From: a virus
Taxonomy: Duplodnaviria; Caudoviricetes
DNA: 24,288 nt
Reading direction: 5' to 3' (one strand)
IMG/VR virus record: IMGVR_UViG_3300020129_000077
Location: 1-24,288 of that record
The notes under the pieces are model-generated. The model was given only the letters and a program-made list of their open reading frames with translations. It had not been told where the DNA came from and ran no database searches. Within the stretch, counting starts at the first letter, position 1. Every line of letters begins with the position of its first letter. Both the position numbers and the translations under genes were made by a program. This document shows, piece after piece, positions 1 through 8,350 of the stretch.

Positions 1-25
1 GGGGGGGGGGGGGGGGGGGGGGGGG
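1..25 (+). repeat. G25 homopolymer at left end
   Basis: Read directly; same strand as the G16 run at 24265-24280. Confidence 0.9.
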
Positions 26-62
26 TATGTACTAACGCTCGCCCGCGCCGACTGCGCATAGC

Positions 63-425
63 GTGATCCGTTCTCGTGGTCCGGGTCGCGCGCGCATGGA
101 TCACAAGATCACGCGACACGGATCGAAAATGCACTGGACGCAAACGCCCGAGGGAAAACTCAAGATGAGCCGCGCGCAGAAAAAATACGCGCGGTCGGCG
201 GCTGGAAAACGCGCGCTCGCGAAACGGATCAAAGCGGCGCAAGCCGCCCGACACCCGAAACCGATCCTCGGAACGAACGGCGACGACCCGGCGCATACTA
301 CGCGTGCCCAGAGCGGACGCGCGATGCTCGTCGACCTGGCGCGTCCCGAGGCGGCGCGCCGCATCGCGCAGCTCCGACGCGAGATCGAAAAGTTGACGCT
401 GTTCCTCGACCGGACGAAATCATGA
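63..425 (+). CDS. Small basic protein, possible nucleoid/DNA-binding protein (start may be 96 or 129)
   Basis: Lys/Arg-rich HWTQTPEGKLKMSRAQKKY segment and C-terminal amphipathic helix LARPEAARRIAQLRREIEKL; ATGA overlap with next gene. Confidence 0.65.
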   Translation: MIRSRGPGRARMDHKITRHGSKMHWTQTPEGKLKMSRAQKKYARSAAGKRALAKRIKAAQAARHPKPILGTNGDDPAHTTRAQSGRAMLVDLARPEAARRIAQLRREIEKLTLFLDRTKS

Positions 426-730
426 GCCGCGCCCGCCGCCCGCGGCGGATTGCGCCACGACTGCGATCCGGCGATTCGCGTGAGCCGATCGGTCACGGTC
501 TCCCGCCGCATATCAAACACGCGCTGAAGATGATCGCCGCCGCGCGCGGCGAATCGTTGTCCTGGATGCTCGAGAAAGCGTTGATCGAGCACTTCGGCAA
601 GCGCCCGCCCGACTACGTCACGCCGAAACCGAAACCCGCCGACGTCGCCAAGGAACACGGCGCGCGCCAGGCCGAGGCCGAGACCGAGGCCCGCGCCCGA
701 CATCGCGGCGAGCGCACCGTCGCCCATTGA
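422..730 (+). CDS. Ribbon-helix-helix-like DNA-binding protein
   Basis: EPIGHGLPPHIKHALKMIAAARGESLSWMLEKALIEHFG fits the strand-helix-G-x-S-helix pattern; translationally coupled to upstream ORF. Confidence 0.65.
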   Translation: MSRARRPRRIAPRLRSGDSREPIGHGLPPHIKHALKMIAAARGESLSWMLEKALIEHFGKRPPDYVTPKPKPADVAKEHGARQAEAETEARARHRGERTVAH

Positions 731-834
731 AGCGGCGCCGGTCCGGCCGGCCGGCGCCAGGGCGGCGATCCCGACCCGCCACGCGCCGCGCCACGGGCCG
801 ATCGCGATCCAGGCCGGGTCCTAGTACCCCCGGT

Positions 835-899
835 TGTGCCCCCGTGTGCCCCCTAGGACCCCACCGCGGCGCGTTTGTGCCCCCTATGTGCCCCCTAGG
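835..899 (+). repeat. Integrase arm-type sites, left arm: TGTGCCCCC x4 (835, 845, 876, 887)
   Basis: Paired direct repeats beside the att core; 874-899 is identical to 1129-1154. Confidence 0.8.
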
Positions 900-942
900 G
901 TTTCTGCTTTTTAGATGACTCGCGATTCAGGCCCGGTTTTAT

Positions 943-987
943 TGGTCGGGATGGTGGGATTCGAACCCACGGCCCCTTGACCCCCAG
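943..987 (-). other. attP core: 3' half of tRNA-Pro(GGG), anticodon loop to CCA
   Basis: Minus strand reads CTGGGGG TCAAG GGGCC GTGGG TTCGAAT CCCAC CATCCCG ACCA (anticodon loop, T-arm, acceptor strand, CCA); 5' half absent; adjacent to integrase. Confidence 0.88.
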
Positions 988-1128
988 GCGATAATTGCGT
1001 GTTTGTGTAACGCGCACGCGCTCAATGAGTTAACCCGCCTTTTACTGGAATCACGCGGGAAACCGCAGGATTCGGCCCGCGCCATGCGTTCCCAAGACAT
1101 CCCACTAGACACCGTGCACTGCCGGGGT

Positions 1129-1190
1129 TTTGTGCCCCCTATGTGCCCCCTAGGCGTGATAACCTGGGACCCGTTTCGTGTTGTGCCCCC
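1129..1190 (+). repeat. Integrase arm-type sites, right arm: TGTGCCCCC x3 (1131, 1142, 1182)
   Basis: Same motif and orientation as left arm; last copy abuts the int Shine-Dalgarno AGGAGG (1192-1197). Confidence 0.8.
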
Positions 1191-1206
1191 AAGGAGGGGG
1201 CGATTG

Positions 1207-2526
1207 ATGCCTCGACAGACCCGCGCGCCATTGAACGATTCCCAGATCCGGGGCTTCGCCCCCGGTCCCGCCAAGTACGAAAAGCGCGACGGCCTCGCGC
1301 CCGGCTTGATTCTCGTCGTGTATCCGAGCGGCGCGAAGCAATGGACCGTCCGGTACCGCGCGCACGGCAAGCAGCGGCGCCTGGTCCTCGGCGACTTCGG
1401 GCCGAACGGCATGACGCTCGCCCAGGCGCGCAAGGCCGCCGCCAAAGCGCAAACGCCGATCCTCGACGGCCGGGACGTCGCCGTCGAACGGCGCGCCGCC
1501 AAGGCCGCCCCGACCGACACCGTCGGCGCGCTCGCCGAGGCGTATCTCGCCCGCCACGCCAAGACGAACAAGAAAGACGGGGGGGACGCCGACGACCGGA
1601 CGCTCCGCGTCGACGTCCTCCCGTTCTGGCAGGATCGGAGCGTCCGCGACATCGCGCGCCGCGACGTCGTGCGGCTCCTCGATCGCGTCGTCGAGCGCGG
1701 GTCGCCCATCATGGCGAACCGGGTCCTCGCCGTCGTCCGCAAGATGCTCAATTTCGCCGTCGACCACGGCTGGCTCGACGCGAACCCGGCCGCGCGCGTC
1801 CCGAAACCCGGCAAGGAAGTCTCCCGCGATCGCGTCTTGAGCGATGACGAGGTCCGCGCCGTGTGGGCACTCCTCGGCCGGTTCCCGGCGACGCATGAGA
1901 AGCGCGCGCCAGGTCGCCCGAGCGCGACGCATGACGCCGACGGCTTGCCCTTGTGCCCGGTGTCGGCGCCGCTGGCGGCGGCGTTCAAGCTCCGCATCCT
2001 GACCGCCCAGCGCGGCGGCGAGGTCATCGCGATGCGCTGGCGGGACCTCGACCTCAAGGCGGCCGTCTGGACGATTCCCGGCGCCGGGACGAAGAACGGC
2101 GTCGCCCATCGGGTGCCGCTCACGCGGACCGCGCTCGCGATCGTCGAGGCGCAACGGCCGACGGATGAGCACGGCGCGCCCGTCAAGACGCCGAAACCCG
2201 ACGCGCTCGTGTTCGTCGGCTCGGGCGCCTCGCTCGCCGACCGCCACAAGAAAGCCCCGACCGCGATCGCGACCGCGCTCGGGATCGCCGACATGACCGG
2301 GCACGATTTCCGCCGCACGGCGGCGTCGCGCATGGCCGAGGCCGGCGTCGCGCGCGAGCACATCTCGCGCGTCCTCAATCACGTCGACGGCGGGCCTCGG
2401 GCGACGGCCGTCTATCAGCGGTACGACTTCGACAAGGAAAAGCGCGCGGCGCTCGACGTGTGGGCGCGCGTCCTGGATCGCATCGTCAACGCGGGCGAGG
2501 TCGTCGCCTTCGGCGCGCGCCGGTAG
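1207..2526 (+). CDS. int: Tyrosine integrase with N-terminal arm-binding domain (P4-like)
   Basis: GLILVVYPSGAKQWTVRYR arm-binding domain; catalytic TAQRGGE, TKNG, HDFRR, LNH, VYQRY; ATG 1207 after AGGAGG (ORF-track start 1003 runs into attP). Confidence 0.95.
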   Translation: MPRQTRAPLNDSQIRGFAPGPAKYEKRDGLAPGLILVVYPSGAKQWTVRYRAHGKQRRLVLGDFGPNGMTLAQARKAAAKAQTPILDGRDVAVERRAAKAAPTDTVGALAEAYLARHAKTNKKDGGDADDRTLRVDVLPFWQDRSVRDIARRDVVRLLDRVVERGSPIMANRVLAVVRKMLNFAVDHGWLDANPAARVPKPGKEVSRDRVLSDDEVRAVWALLGRFPATHEKRAPGRPSATHDADGLPLCPVSAPLAAAFKLRILTAQRGGEVIAMRWRDLDLKAAVWTIPGAGTKNGVAHRVPLTRTALAIVEAQRPTDEHGAPVKTPKPDALVFVGSGASLADRHKKAPTAIATALGIADMTGHDFRRTAASRMAEAGVAREHISRVLNHVDGGPRATAVYQRYDFDKEKRAALDVWARVLDRIVNAGEVVAFGARR

Positions 2527-2547
2527 GACCGCGGTAGGAACCCTCAC

Positions 2548-2593
2548 GCGCCCGGACCCGAACGCGACCCCTCGCGCGGGTCCGGGCGCTTTC
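2548..2593. terminator. GC-rich hairpin between convergent int and late operon; likely terminator
   Basis: GCGCCCGGACCCG (2548-2560) pairs with CGGGTCCGGGCGC (2577-2589); inner CGCGA/TCGCG stem; short TTTC tail. Confidence 0.65.
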
Positions 2594-2607
2594 GCCTTCC
2601 CCTGAAT

Positions 2608-2976
2608 TTACTTCTTCGGCGTCGGCTTTCCGACGTAGCCATAGCACGGATCGACGGGCGGCAGCACGATCGGATGCGTCGGCACGCCGGGCGAGACCGC
2701 GTCGGGCGGAATCACGATCGGATGTCCCGGCACCGGTGGCGGCAGCACGATCGGATGCGTCGGCACGCCTGGCCCGATCGCATCCGGCGGAATCACGATC
2801 GGATGCGAGGGATACACGGGCAAGTAGATCGGGTGCGTCGGCAGGCCCGGTGCAATCGCGTCGGGCGGAATGACGATCGGATGCGTCGGCACGGGCGGCG
2901 GTTCGACGATCGGGTGAGTCGGGCCGATCGGCGGCGCGCCGTCGTCCCAGGTCAGCATCACGAGTTTGGATGGCAT
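2608..2976 (-). CDS. Proline-rich P(T/S/G)HPI-repeat protein, 122 aa, function unknown
   Basis: Seven PxHPI repeats with synonymous codon variation; ATG 2976 chosen because the longer ORF overlaps the 47-aa gene. Confidence 0.8.
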   Translation of the reverse strand: MPSKLVMLTWDDGAPPIGPTHPIVEPPPVPTHPIVIPPDAIAPGLPTHPIYLPVYPSHPIVIPPDAIGPGVPTHPIVLPPPVPGHPIVIPPDAVSPGVPTHPIVLPPVDPCYGYVGKPTPKK

Positions 2977-3029
2977 CGTTGAATTCTCACTTTCCCTTTT
3001 GTTGACGGACGTTTGGTGCACTGGGGAAA

Positions 3030-3173
3030 TTACGTGACCGGCCACGGAATCATCGAGGCCGTCAGGAACGCCAGGCCCGCCGCCAGCAGCCTGGGATGAT
3101 AGGGCTGCGTCATCGGCAACGCGGCGAGGATGAAACAGACCAGCGCGAACACGAGCAGGATCAGTCGAATCAC
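3030..3173 (-). CDS. 47-aa membrane protein with two hydrophobic segments (holin-like candidate)
   Basis: Not in ORF track; GTG after AAGGAGG; MIRLILLVFALVCFILAALPMTQPYHPRLLAAGLAFLTASMIPWPVT. Confidence 0.75.
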   Translation of the reverse strand: MIRLILLVFALVCFILAALPMTQPYHPRLLAAGLAFLTASMIPWPVT

Positions 3174-3194
3174 GGGATTCCTCCTTTTGACGTG

Positions 3195-3878
3195 TCACAA
3201 CGCGATGATTGGCCCGCCGCTGATTTCAGGGTCGTCTCGATCGCCAGGTTTCGCCGATCCCGCCGCGGCGTAGTACGTCCCGGTCAGGTGCAGCCAGTCG
3301 CCCGCGACCCAGGAGAACGGCGCCGACGGGGTGACGACGTTTGCGCCCACGGTAAAAAGTAGATTCCACATCCAAAATAACGAGTTACCGCCCGCCGCTT
3401 GCAGCCCTCCCATGATTGGGAACGGGCGCGTTCCGGCCGAGACTTGTACCGCGACTCCGTAGCACGCCATCCCAATCGATGAATTGCTTTCCGCCGGAAA
3501 CGGCAGCGTAAAACTCCACGCGCCCGCGCCGAGAGTCGACGTCGATCCGATCGTGAGCCTGATCGCGAAAAAGACCGTCTGCGAGTGTCGCCAGTAAGTC
3601 GCGAACAGCCCGCCGTTATTGATGGCTGGCGTCCCGCCCGAGCCGCCCCAGACGGTCGTGTAAGGCGTGTATGGGACCAGAAGCGGCGGCGTCGGTGGCG
3701 CCGCGGGCGCTTGCCACTTCGCGCCATACGTCGCGTCGGTCGGGTCGCGCGTCAAGAGATCGCCCGCGTTGCCGCCCGAGAACACGTGGCCGTCGTTCCA
3801 GTGCGACGGCTGCACTTGCGTCGCGTCGGCGCCGTTCGCCTTGGCGCTTGCGAACCGATGCTTGAGGACGTTCGCCAT
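3195..3878 (-). CDS. Tail fibre / receptor-binding protein
   Basis: Follows hub gene; Pro linker; beta-rich C-terminal domain (YWRHSQTVFFAIRLTIG...WSFTLPFPA) typical of phage fibre tips. Confidence 0.7.
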   Translation of the reverse strand: MANVLKHRFASAKANGADATQVQPSHWNDGHVFSGGNAGDLLTRDPTDATYGAKWQAPAAPPTPPLLVPYTPYTTVWGGSGGTPAINNGGLFATYWRHSQTVFFAIRLTIGSTSTLGAGAWSFTLPFPAESNSSIGMACYGVAVQVSAGTRPFPIMGGLQAAGGNSLFWMWNLLFTVGANVVTPSAPFSWVAGDWLHLTGTYYAAAGSAKPGDRDDPEISGGPIIAL

Positions 3879-6547
3879 CAGCTTTGCTCCAACAGAATCC
3901 GGGCCAGCACGTCGTCGAAACTGAAGCGCGTCGTCGACGCCTGGACGTGCCGCTTGGGAAAGTAGTTCGCCGCGATCGAGACATCGTCGATCGTCACGCG
4001 TTGAATCAGGAAATCGCCGGTCACGTTCGTCGGCGCCGGCAGGTCGACGTGCACCGTCCGGCCGCTCTTCGTTTCGACGTCGTGCGTCGTGTACGCCAGC
4101 TGCGTTTCGACCGTCTTGAAGAGCGCGAGTTCCGCCAGCCCGCGCGCCTGGGCGCCCGCCTGATTCAAGCGGCGATCTTGGATGTAGTGCTCAATGATGC
4201 CGTCGCCGCCTTCGATCGCCGCGAGCGCCGACTGCGCGGCCGTGTCGTCGACCTGCGCGAGCAGCTGCACGGCGTCGCCGAGCGTCACGCCGAGCACGGG
4301 CGAGACGCCGACGAGCGCGGGCACGAGCGTCACGATCGATCCCGCGGGAATCGCGGCCGTGATTGACCCGAGGCCCGAGACGGGAATCCCGCCGAGGAAG
4401 TACGGCCCGGTCGCGTCGACCGCCGCGTACCGCAGCATCATTCCCGATTCCAGGAGCAGCCAGCCCGCCGACGGAAAGCCCACGACGCTCGTGACCTGGA
4501 GGTAGTTCTGGCCGACCGGCGTCGGCGGAATCGTGCCCGCGGTCGCCGGCGTCCCGATCGGCGGCTGCGGCGCGCCGCCGAGATTCGCGTCCGGCGTCGC
4601 GTCGAGGTAGGTCGTCGTCGCGTTGTCCTCGAGGCTGACCAGCTCGCGGTACTGGCCGCCATTGGCGGCCGTGCGGAACACGCGCCGGCGCACGGTGCCC
4701 GCCGGCCCGATCGCGATGCTCGACAGACTGACCGCGCCCGATCCGATCGTGTTGACCGTCGGCGCGATGTCGCCGCCAGGCCCGACACCGACATCGGTGT
4801 ACGTGCCCGTCGCGTTGTCGGGGATTTCCGCGATCAACCGGTACTCGCCGAGGCCGTCTTTCCGATACACCCGCCGCCTGGTGACGCGCGCATCGGCCGA
4901 CGTCGGGACCGTGACTGTCGCCGCCTCGCCGACGTCGGTCGCGGTCGAGTAGGGCGGGTAATTCTTCGCCGACAGCGAGGCGTCGGGTGTGCCGTCAACG
5001 TACACCGTGCCGAGGGCCGAGGCCGGTTGATCGACGACGTGACGCCACGGAAGGACCGCCGGCGACGGCGTCGAGATATTGACACTCGACCGATAGATCC
5101 GCCCGCCAATGATCCGCCCGTCGTTCGGCGATCGAATGGTGAGGCAGGCGTACCCGACGCTGATCGAGACGCCACGGACAAACGTCGGCAGCGTTTCGCC
5201 GGCAGGCGTCAGAAACGTGAACGCGTAATCGTAGTACCCCGTCGCCATTGAACCCGAACCCGGCCCGCCGCCGACGATGGGCGAGAACGGCGGATCGATG
5301 GCGCGGCCGGTCAACGCGGTTCCGCCCAGGGTCGCGTTTGTTTGGGTGCCGTTCGCCGCGACGAACGCCGTCGCGTAGATCGACGTGACGCCGACGGCGA
5401 TCGGACCTTTCGCCGGCGTCCCCAGCAGCGCGGCCGTCGTCGGGGGCGGCGCCGCCGCGGTCGTGATCGTCACCGGGCCGGCGACCGCGCCGACGTCGGA
5501 GCGCGACCCGTCCGCGAGTTCGAACGTCGCGCGCCAGTAGTACGGCCCGCCCGCGAGGCCGCCAGGATTCGATGGCGCGGCGAGCGTCGCGACCGGCGCG
5601 GCCGGCGGCGTCGGCGGCGGGCCGGCCGACGACCCGCCCGACACGGTCCCGGTCGTGTTTGTTTTGGGTCCGGTGGCGATGATGCCGGTGTACGTAATAC
5701 GCCACGGTCCCAAGGTCGCCAGGCCGCCGGCGGGATTGAAGGGCACGGTCTGACTCACGGGCAGAATCGCGTCGCCCGCCGGCAGCGTCAGCGCGACGGT
5801 CGCACCATCGCCCTCGACGAGGACGCGCGTGCGGACCTGCGACAGGTCGGCCGTGACTTTTAGGTCGGCGAATCGGCCGCCAGGGACGATCGGCGCGGGC
5901 ACGGCGCCCGCCTCGGTGCCGGTGAAAAAGTGCAGCGTCGCGGCGTAGTCGACATACCAGTACGCGCCGACCTTTTCCGCGATGCGCGACAACGCGCGCG
6001 AGACGTCCTCGAACGTGAAGGTGATCCCGCCGGCAATCGACGCGAGGCCGGCCTGGACGGCGCCGACGCCAATCGTCGGCGCGAACGTCGCGACGAGGTC
6101 GAGGACGATCGCCGTGGCGCTCTGCGTCCCGTAGTCCTTCGAGACTTTGCGGTAGTTGAGGCGCCGCGTGAAGTCGGTGCAGGTCAGATCGAGCCGGACG
6201 TGTTGCGGTTGACCGAACTCCGCGTATTGCTCGCGCGTGAGGACTTCGCCGCCGAAGATCTGATCGGCGCCGCCGTTGATGTAGATGCCGATCGGGGCGC
6301 CGACGGCGACCGTCGGCGTCGTCATCACCAGCGGGCCGTCGACCGTGTTGAACCCGCCCGCGTCAAAGGCCGGCGGAACGAAGGGCGCCGTGACCGACGG
6401 CGCGAGCTTCGGCGTCAGGACGACCGTGAGCGCCGCCGTGTTCGGCGCGTCGTTCAGGACATCATCGATCCGCACGCGCCCGACCCGCGCGAAGTGCGTC
6501 AGGTCCCGGTTGCCGATGTAGACGATGACCGATGACGGGTCCGCCAT
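3878..6547 (-). CDS. Tail tip hub (Tal-like) protein with large inserted beta-sandwich region
   Basis: Directly after TMP; hub-like N part (IFGGEV, LTCTDFTRRL, DLSQVRTRVLVEG) and C part (IEHYIQDRRL...RGLAELAL) enclose a G/P/T-rich insert. Confidence 0.75.
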   Translation of the reverse strand: MADPSSVIVYIGNRDLTHFARVGRVRIDDVLNDAPNTAALTVVLTPKLAPSVTAPFVPPAFDAGGFNTVDGPLVMTTPTVAVGAPIGIYINGGADQIFGGEVLTREQYAEFGQPQHVRLDLTCTDFTRRLNYRKVSKDYGTQSATAIVLDLVATFAPTIGVGAVQAGLASIAGGITFTFEDVSRALSRIAEKVGAYWYVDYAATLHFFTGTEAGAVPAPIVPGGRFADLKVTADLSQVRTRVLVEGDGATVALTLPAGDAILPVSQTVPFNPAGGLATLGPWRITYTGIIATGPKTNTTGTVSGGSSAGPPPTPPAAPVATLAAPSNPGGLAGGPYYWRATFELADGSRSDVGAVAGPVTITTAAAPPPTTAALLGTPAKGPIAVGVTSIYATAFVAANGTQTNATLGGTALTGRAIDPPFSPIVGGGPGSGSMATGYYDYAFTFLTPAGETLPTFVRGVSISVGYACLTIRSPNDGRIIGGRIYRSSVNISTPSPAVLPWRHVVDQPASALGTVYVDGTPDASLSAKNYPPYSTATDVGEAATVTVPTSADARVTRRRVYRKDGLGEYRLIAEIPDNATGTYTDVGVGPGGDIAPTVNTIGSGAVSLSSIAIGPAGTVRRRVFRTAANGGQYRELVSLEDNATTTYLDATPDANLGGAPQPPIGTPATAGTIPPTPVGQNYLQVTSVVGFPSAGWLLLESGMMLRYAAVDATGPYFLGGIPVSGLGSITAAIPAGSIVTLVPALVGVSPVLGVTLGDAVQLLAQVDDTAAQSALAAIEGGDGIIEHYIQDRRLNQAGAQARGLAELALFKTVETQLAYTTHDVETKSGRTVHVDLPAPTNVTGDFLIQRVTIDDVSIAANYFPKRHVQASTTRFSFDDVLARILLEQS

Positions 6548-6552
6548 AATCG

Positions 6553-8181
6553 TTACGCGGTTCCGAGTAATCGCCCGCCGCGCATCCCCTGCATGACGGC
6601 GTTCGAGACCAGGTCGCTAAAGATCTGCCGCGTTTGCGGATCGTCCGTGCCGAGCATTCCCGTCATGTTGAGCGTGATCACGGCGCCCGGCGCGTTCTGC
6701 GTGAGACCGCTCGTCGCGGAGAACATCAGGGGGAGCGGCCGCGCGTCAAAGGGCGGCATCGTCATCGTCGAGAACGCGTTCGGCATCGTGATTGAGTTGA
6801 ACGCCGCGATCGTCTGCGTGGCCGCATCCCAGGCCGGCGTGACCATGAGGTCCTGCAGCTTGGCGAATTGCGTCCCGATTCCCGTGACCATGTCGGGGAT
6901 GATCGAGCGGCCGACCGAGACGTCATACATCCACTTAAACGCCGTGACGATTTCGCCGACGTCGCCCTTGATGCGGGCGACGATGGACGACATCAAGGCC
7001 GTGAGTTTGTCGTACAGCCAGGTCTTGATGCCGTTGTACAGGTTCTCGACCGCGGCCAGCACCGGCACAAACGCGGCGGCGAGATTGTCCATCCACGTTT
7101 TGATCGCCTCCCACGATTTCTTCACGTAGGCGACGATGTCATCCCAATACTTATAAATCGCGATGGCCCCGGCGACGAGCGCTGCGACAATCAACGCGGG
7201 CCAGCTGATGAGCGCGGCCAGCGCGGTGCCCCCGAATTCCAGAATGGCCGCGCCCGCGCCCGCCATCGCTGCTGGCCAGAGCGTGCCCATGACCTGTGCC
7301 AGATTCCCGAACGCCGACGAGACGGGACCGATCTTGCTCGCGACCGAATCCGACGCGATCACAAACGTCTGGACCCCCTCGGGAAGTTTGTGGAACGCGT
7401 CGATGAGCGTGTTCAGCGCTTCGGCGCCTTGCTTGCCGATTTTTTCGTTGACGTCGTCCATCTGGTTTTTCAGATTCTGCAGATGGCCGTTCGTCGTTTC
7501 GAGCGCCGCGGCGAATTGCCCGTCAAATTTCTTCGCGATGAGGTCGACGATCGTGTTGAAGTCCATCCCCTTTTCATACGCGGACCCGAGGAACACTTTG
7601 AGGCGCCCGACCGCTTCGCCGTTCGACTCGGCCGCCTTCTGCATGAGTTTCGCCGCCGTCACAACGTCGGTGCCCATAAACGCGGCGAGGTTCATCGCCG
7701 CCTCTAAGGTCTTTTGCATGTTCGCCGGGCCGACTTCCCCGATCGTCGTGAAGATCGCCTGCGCGTCGGTGATCGCGACGTGTGAGAACGTCGAAATCTT
7801 TTGCAGCCCTGCGGCCATTTCCGCGTACGCGTTCGCGACCGCGGGCGACGCCTCCCCGGAATTCTTCAACGCGCGCTCGAGGCGCACGGTCGCCTCTTCC
7901 GCTTTCGCAAAGTCTCGGATGTAGTCCCCCGCGAACTCCGTGACGGCGTGCCCGAACTCGGCGAGTTCCGGCCCGCTGAGCACCGACCACGCCTTCTTTC
8001 CGAAGTCCGCGATGCCGGTCCCGACGTTCTGCAGACTGCCCGCGGCCGATTGGACCGATTGATTGAAACTCGCCGCGAGTTTGTCGCCGGCGGCTTCGAC
8101 TTCCGCCGTCGACCGGGTCGCGTCGGCGCACGCGTTGATGAACGAGGAAAAGTCGGCGATGAAATTCGCGGTCAGCGGCAT
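6553..8181 (-). CDS. Tape measure protein (542 aa)
   Basis: Ala-rich helical sequence, hydrophobic stretch, spaced Trp/Phe (YWDDIVAYVKKSWEAIKTW); follows tail chaperones. Confidence 0.88.
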   Translation of the reverse strand: MPLTANFIADFSSFINACADATRSTAEVEAAGDKLAASFNQSVQSAAGSLQNVGTGIADFGKKAWSVLSGPELAEFGHAVTEFAGDYIRDFAKAEEATVRLERALKNSGEASPAVANAYAEMAAGLQKISTFSHVAITDAQAIFTTIGEVGPANMQKTLEAAMNLAAFMGTDVVTAAKLMQKAAESNGEAVGRLKVFLGSAYEKGMDFNTIVDLIAKKFDGQFAAALETTNGHLQNLKNQMDDVNEKIGKQGAEALNTLIDAFHKLPEGVQTFVIASDSVASKIGPVSSAFGNLAQVMGTLWPAAMAGAGAAILEFGGTALAALISWPALIVAALVAGAIAIYKYWDDIVAYVKKSWEAIKTWMDNLAAAFVPVLAAVENLYNGIKTWLYDKLTALMSSIVARIKGDVGEIVTAFKWMYDVSVGRSIIPDMVTGIGTQFAKLQDLMVTPAWDAATQTIAAFNSITMPNAFSTMTMPPFDARPLPLMFSATSGLTQNAPGAVITLNMTGMLGTDDPQTRQIFSDLVSNAVMQGMRGGRLLGTA

Positions 8182-8187
8182 CGGCGT

Positions 8188-8350
8188 CTAGTCGGTCGGG
8201 CGCGCGTGCTCGGCCTGCGCGTTGAGTTCGTCGATCAGAAATTCGTAGTAGTGCACCGGTAACTCCCACACGTCGTCGAGCGTCCAGCCCATCAGCCGAC
8301 AGATTGCAAGGTCCGTTCGGGTGGCATCTCGCCAGACGTCATTTTTTTTT
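8188..8350 (-). CDS. Tail assembly chaperone -1 frameshift extension (gpT-like)
   Basis: -1 frame from the A9 run gives KKNDVWRDATRTDLAICRLMGWTLDDVWELPVHYYEFLIDEL..., ending just before TMP. Confidence 0.75.

Noticed and set aside
727-918. 63-aa ORF over the left att arm
   Set aside because: TTG start, low-complexity translation, and it runs through the arm repeats; likely non-coding
943-1020. Complete tRNA-Pro gene
   Set aside because: No D-arm, 5' acceptor strand or 5' anticodon stem; only the 3' half is present
835-1190. TGTGCCCCC repeats as a CRISPR array
   Set aside because: Repeats are 9 bp, irregularly spaced, with no cas genes; they flank an att core next to an integrase
939-2547. 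Long antisense ORFs (939-2378, 1150-2547) and similar long overlapping ORFs across the window
   Set aside because: Arg/Ala/Pro-rich shadow frames expected in high-GC DNA opposite well-supported genes
2608-3198. 196-aa version of the repeat protein
   Set aside because: Its N-terminal extension overlaps the 47-aa membrane gene, which has a much better SD
3195-3878. Diversity-generating retroelement target in the tail fibre
   Set aside because: No reverse transcriptase and no template/variable repeat pair seen by eye
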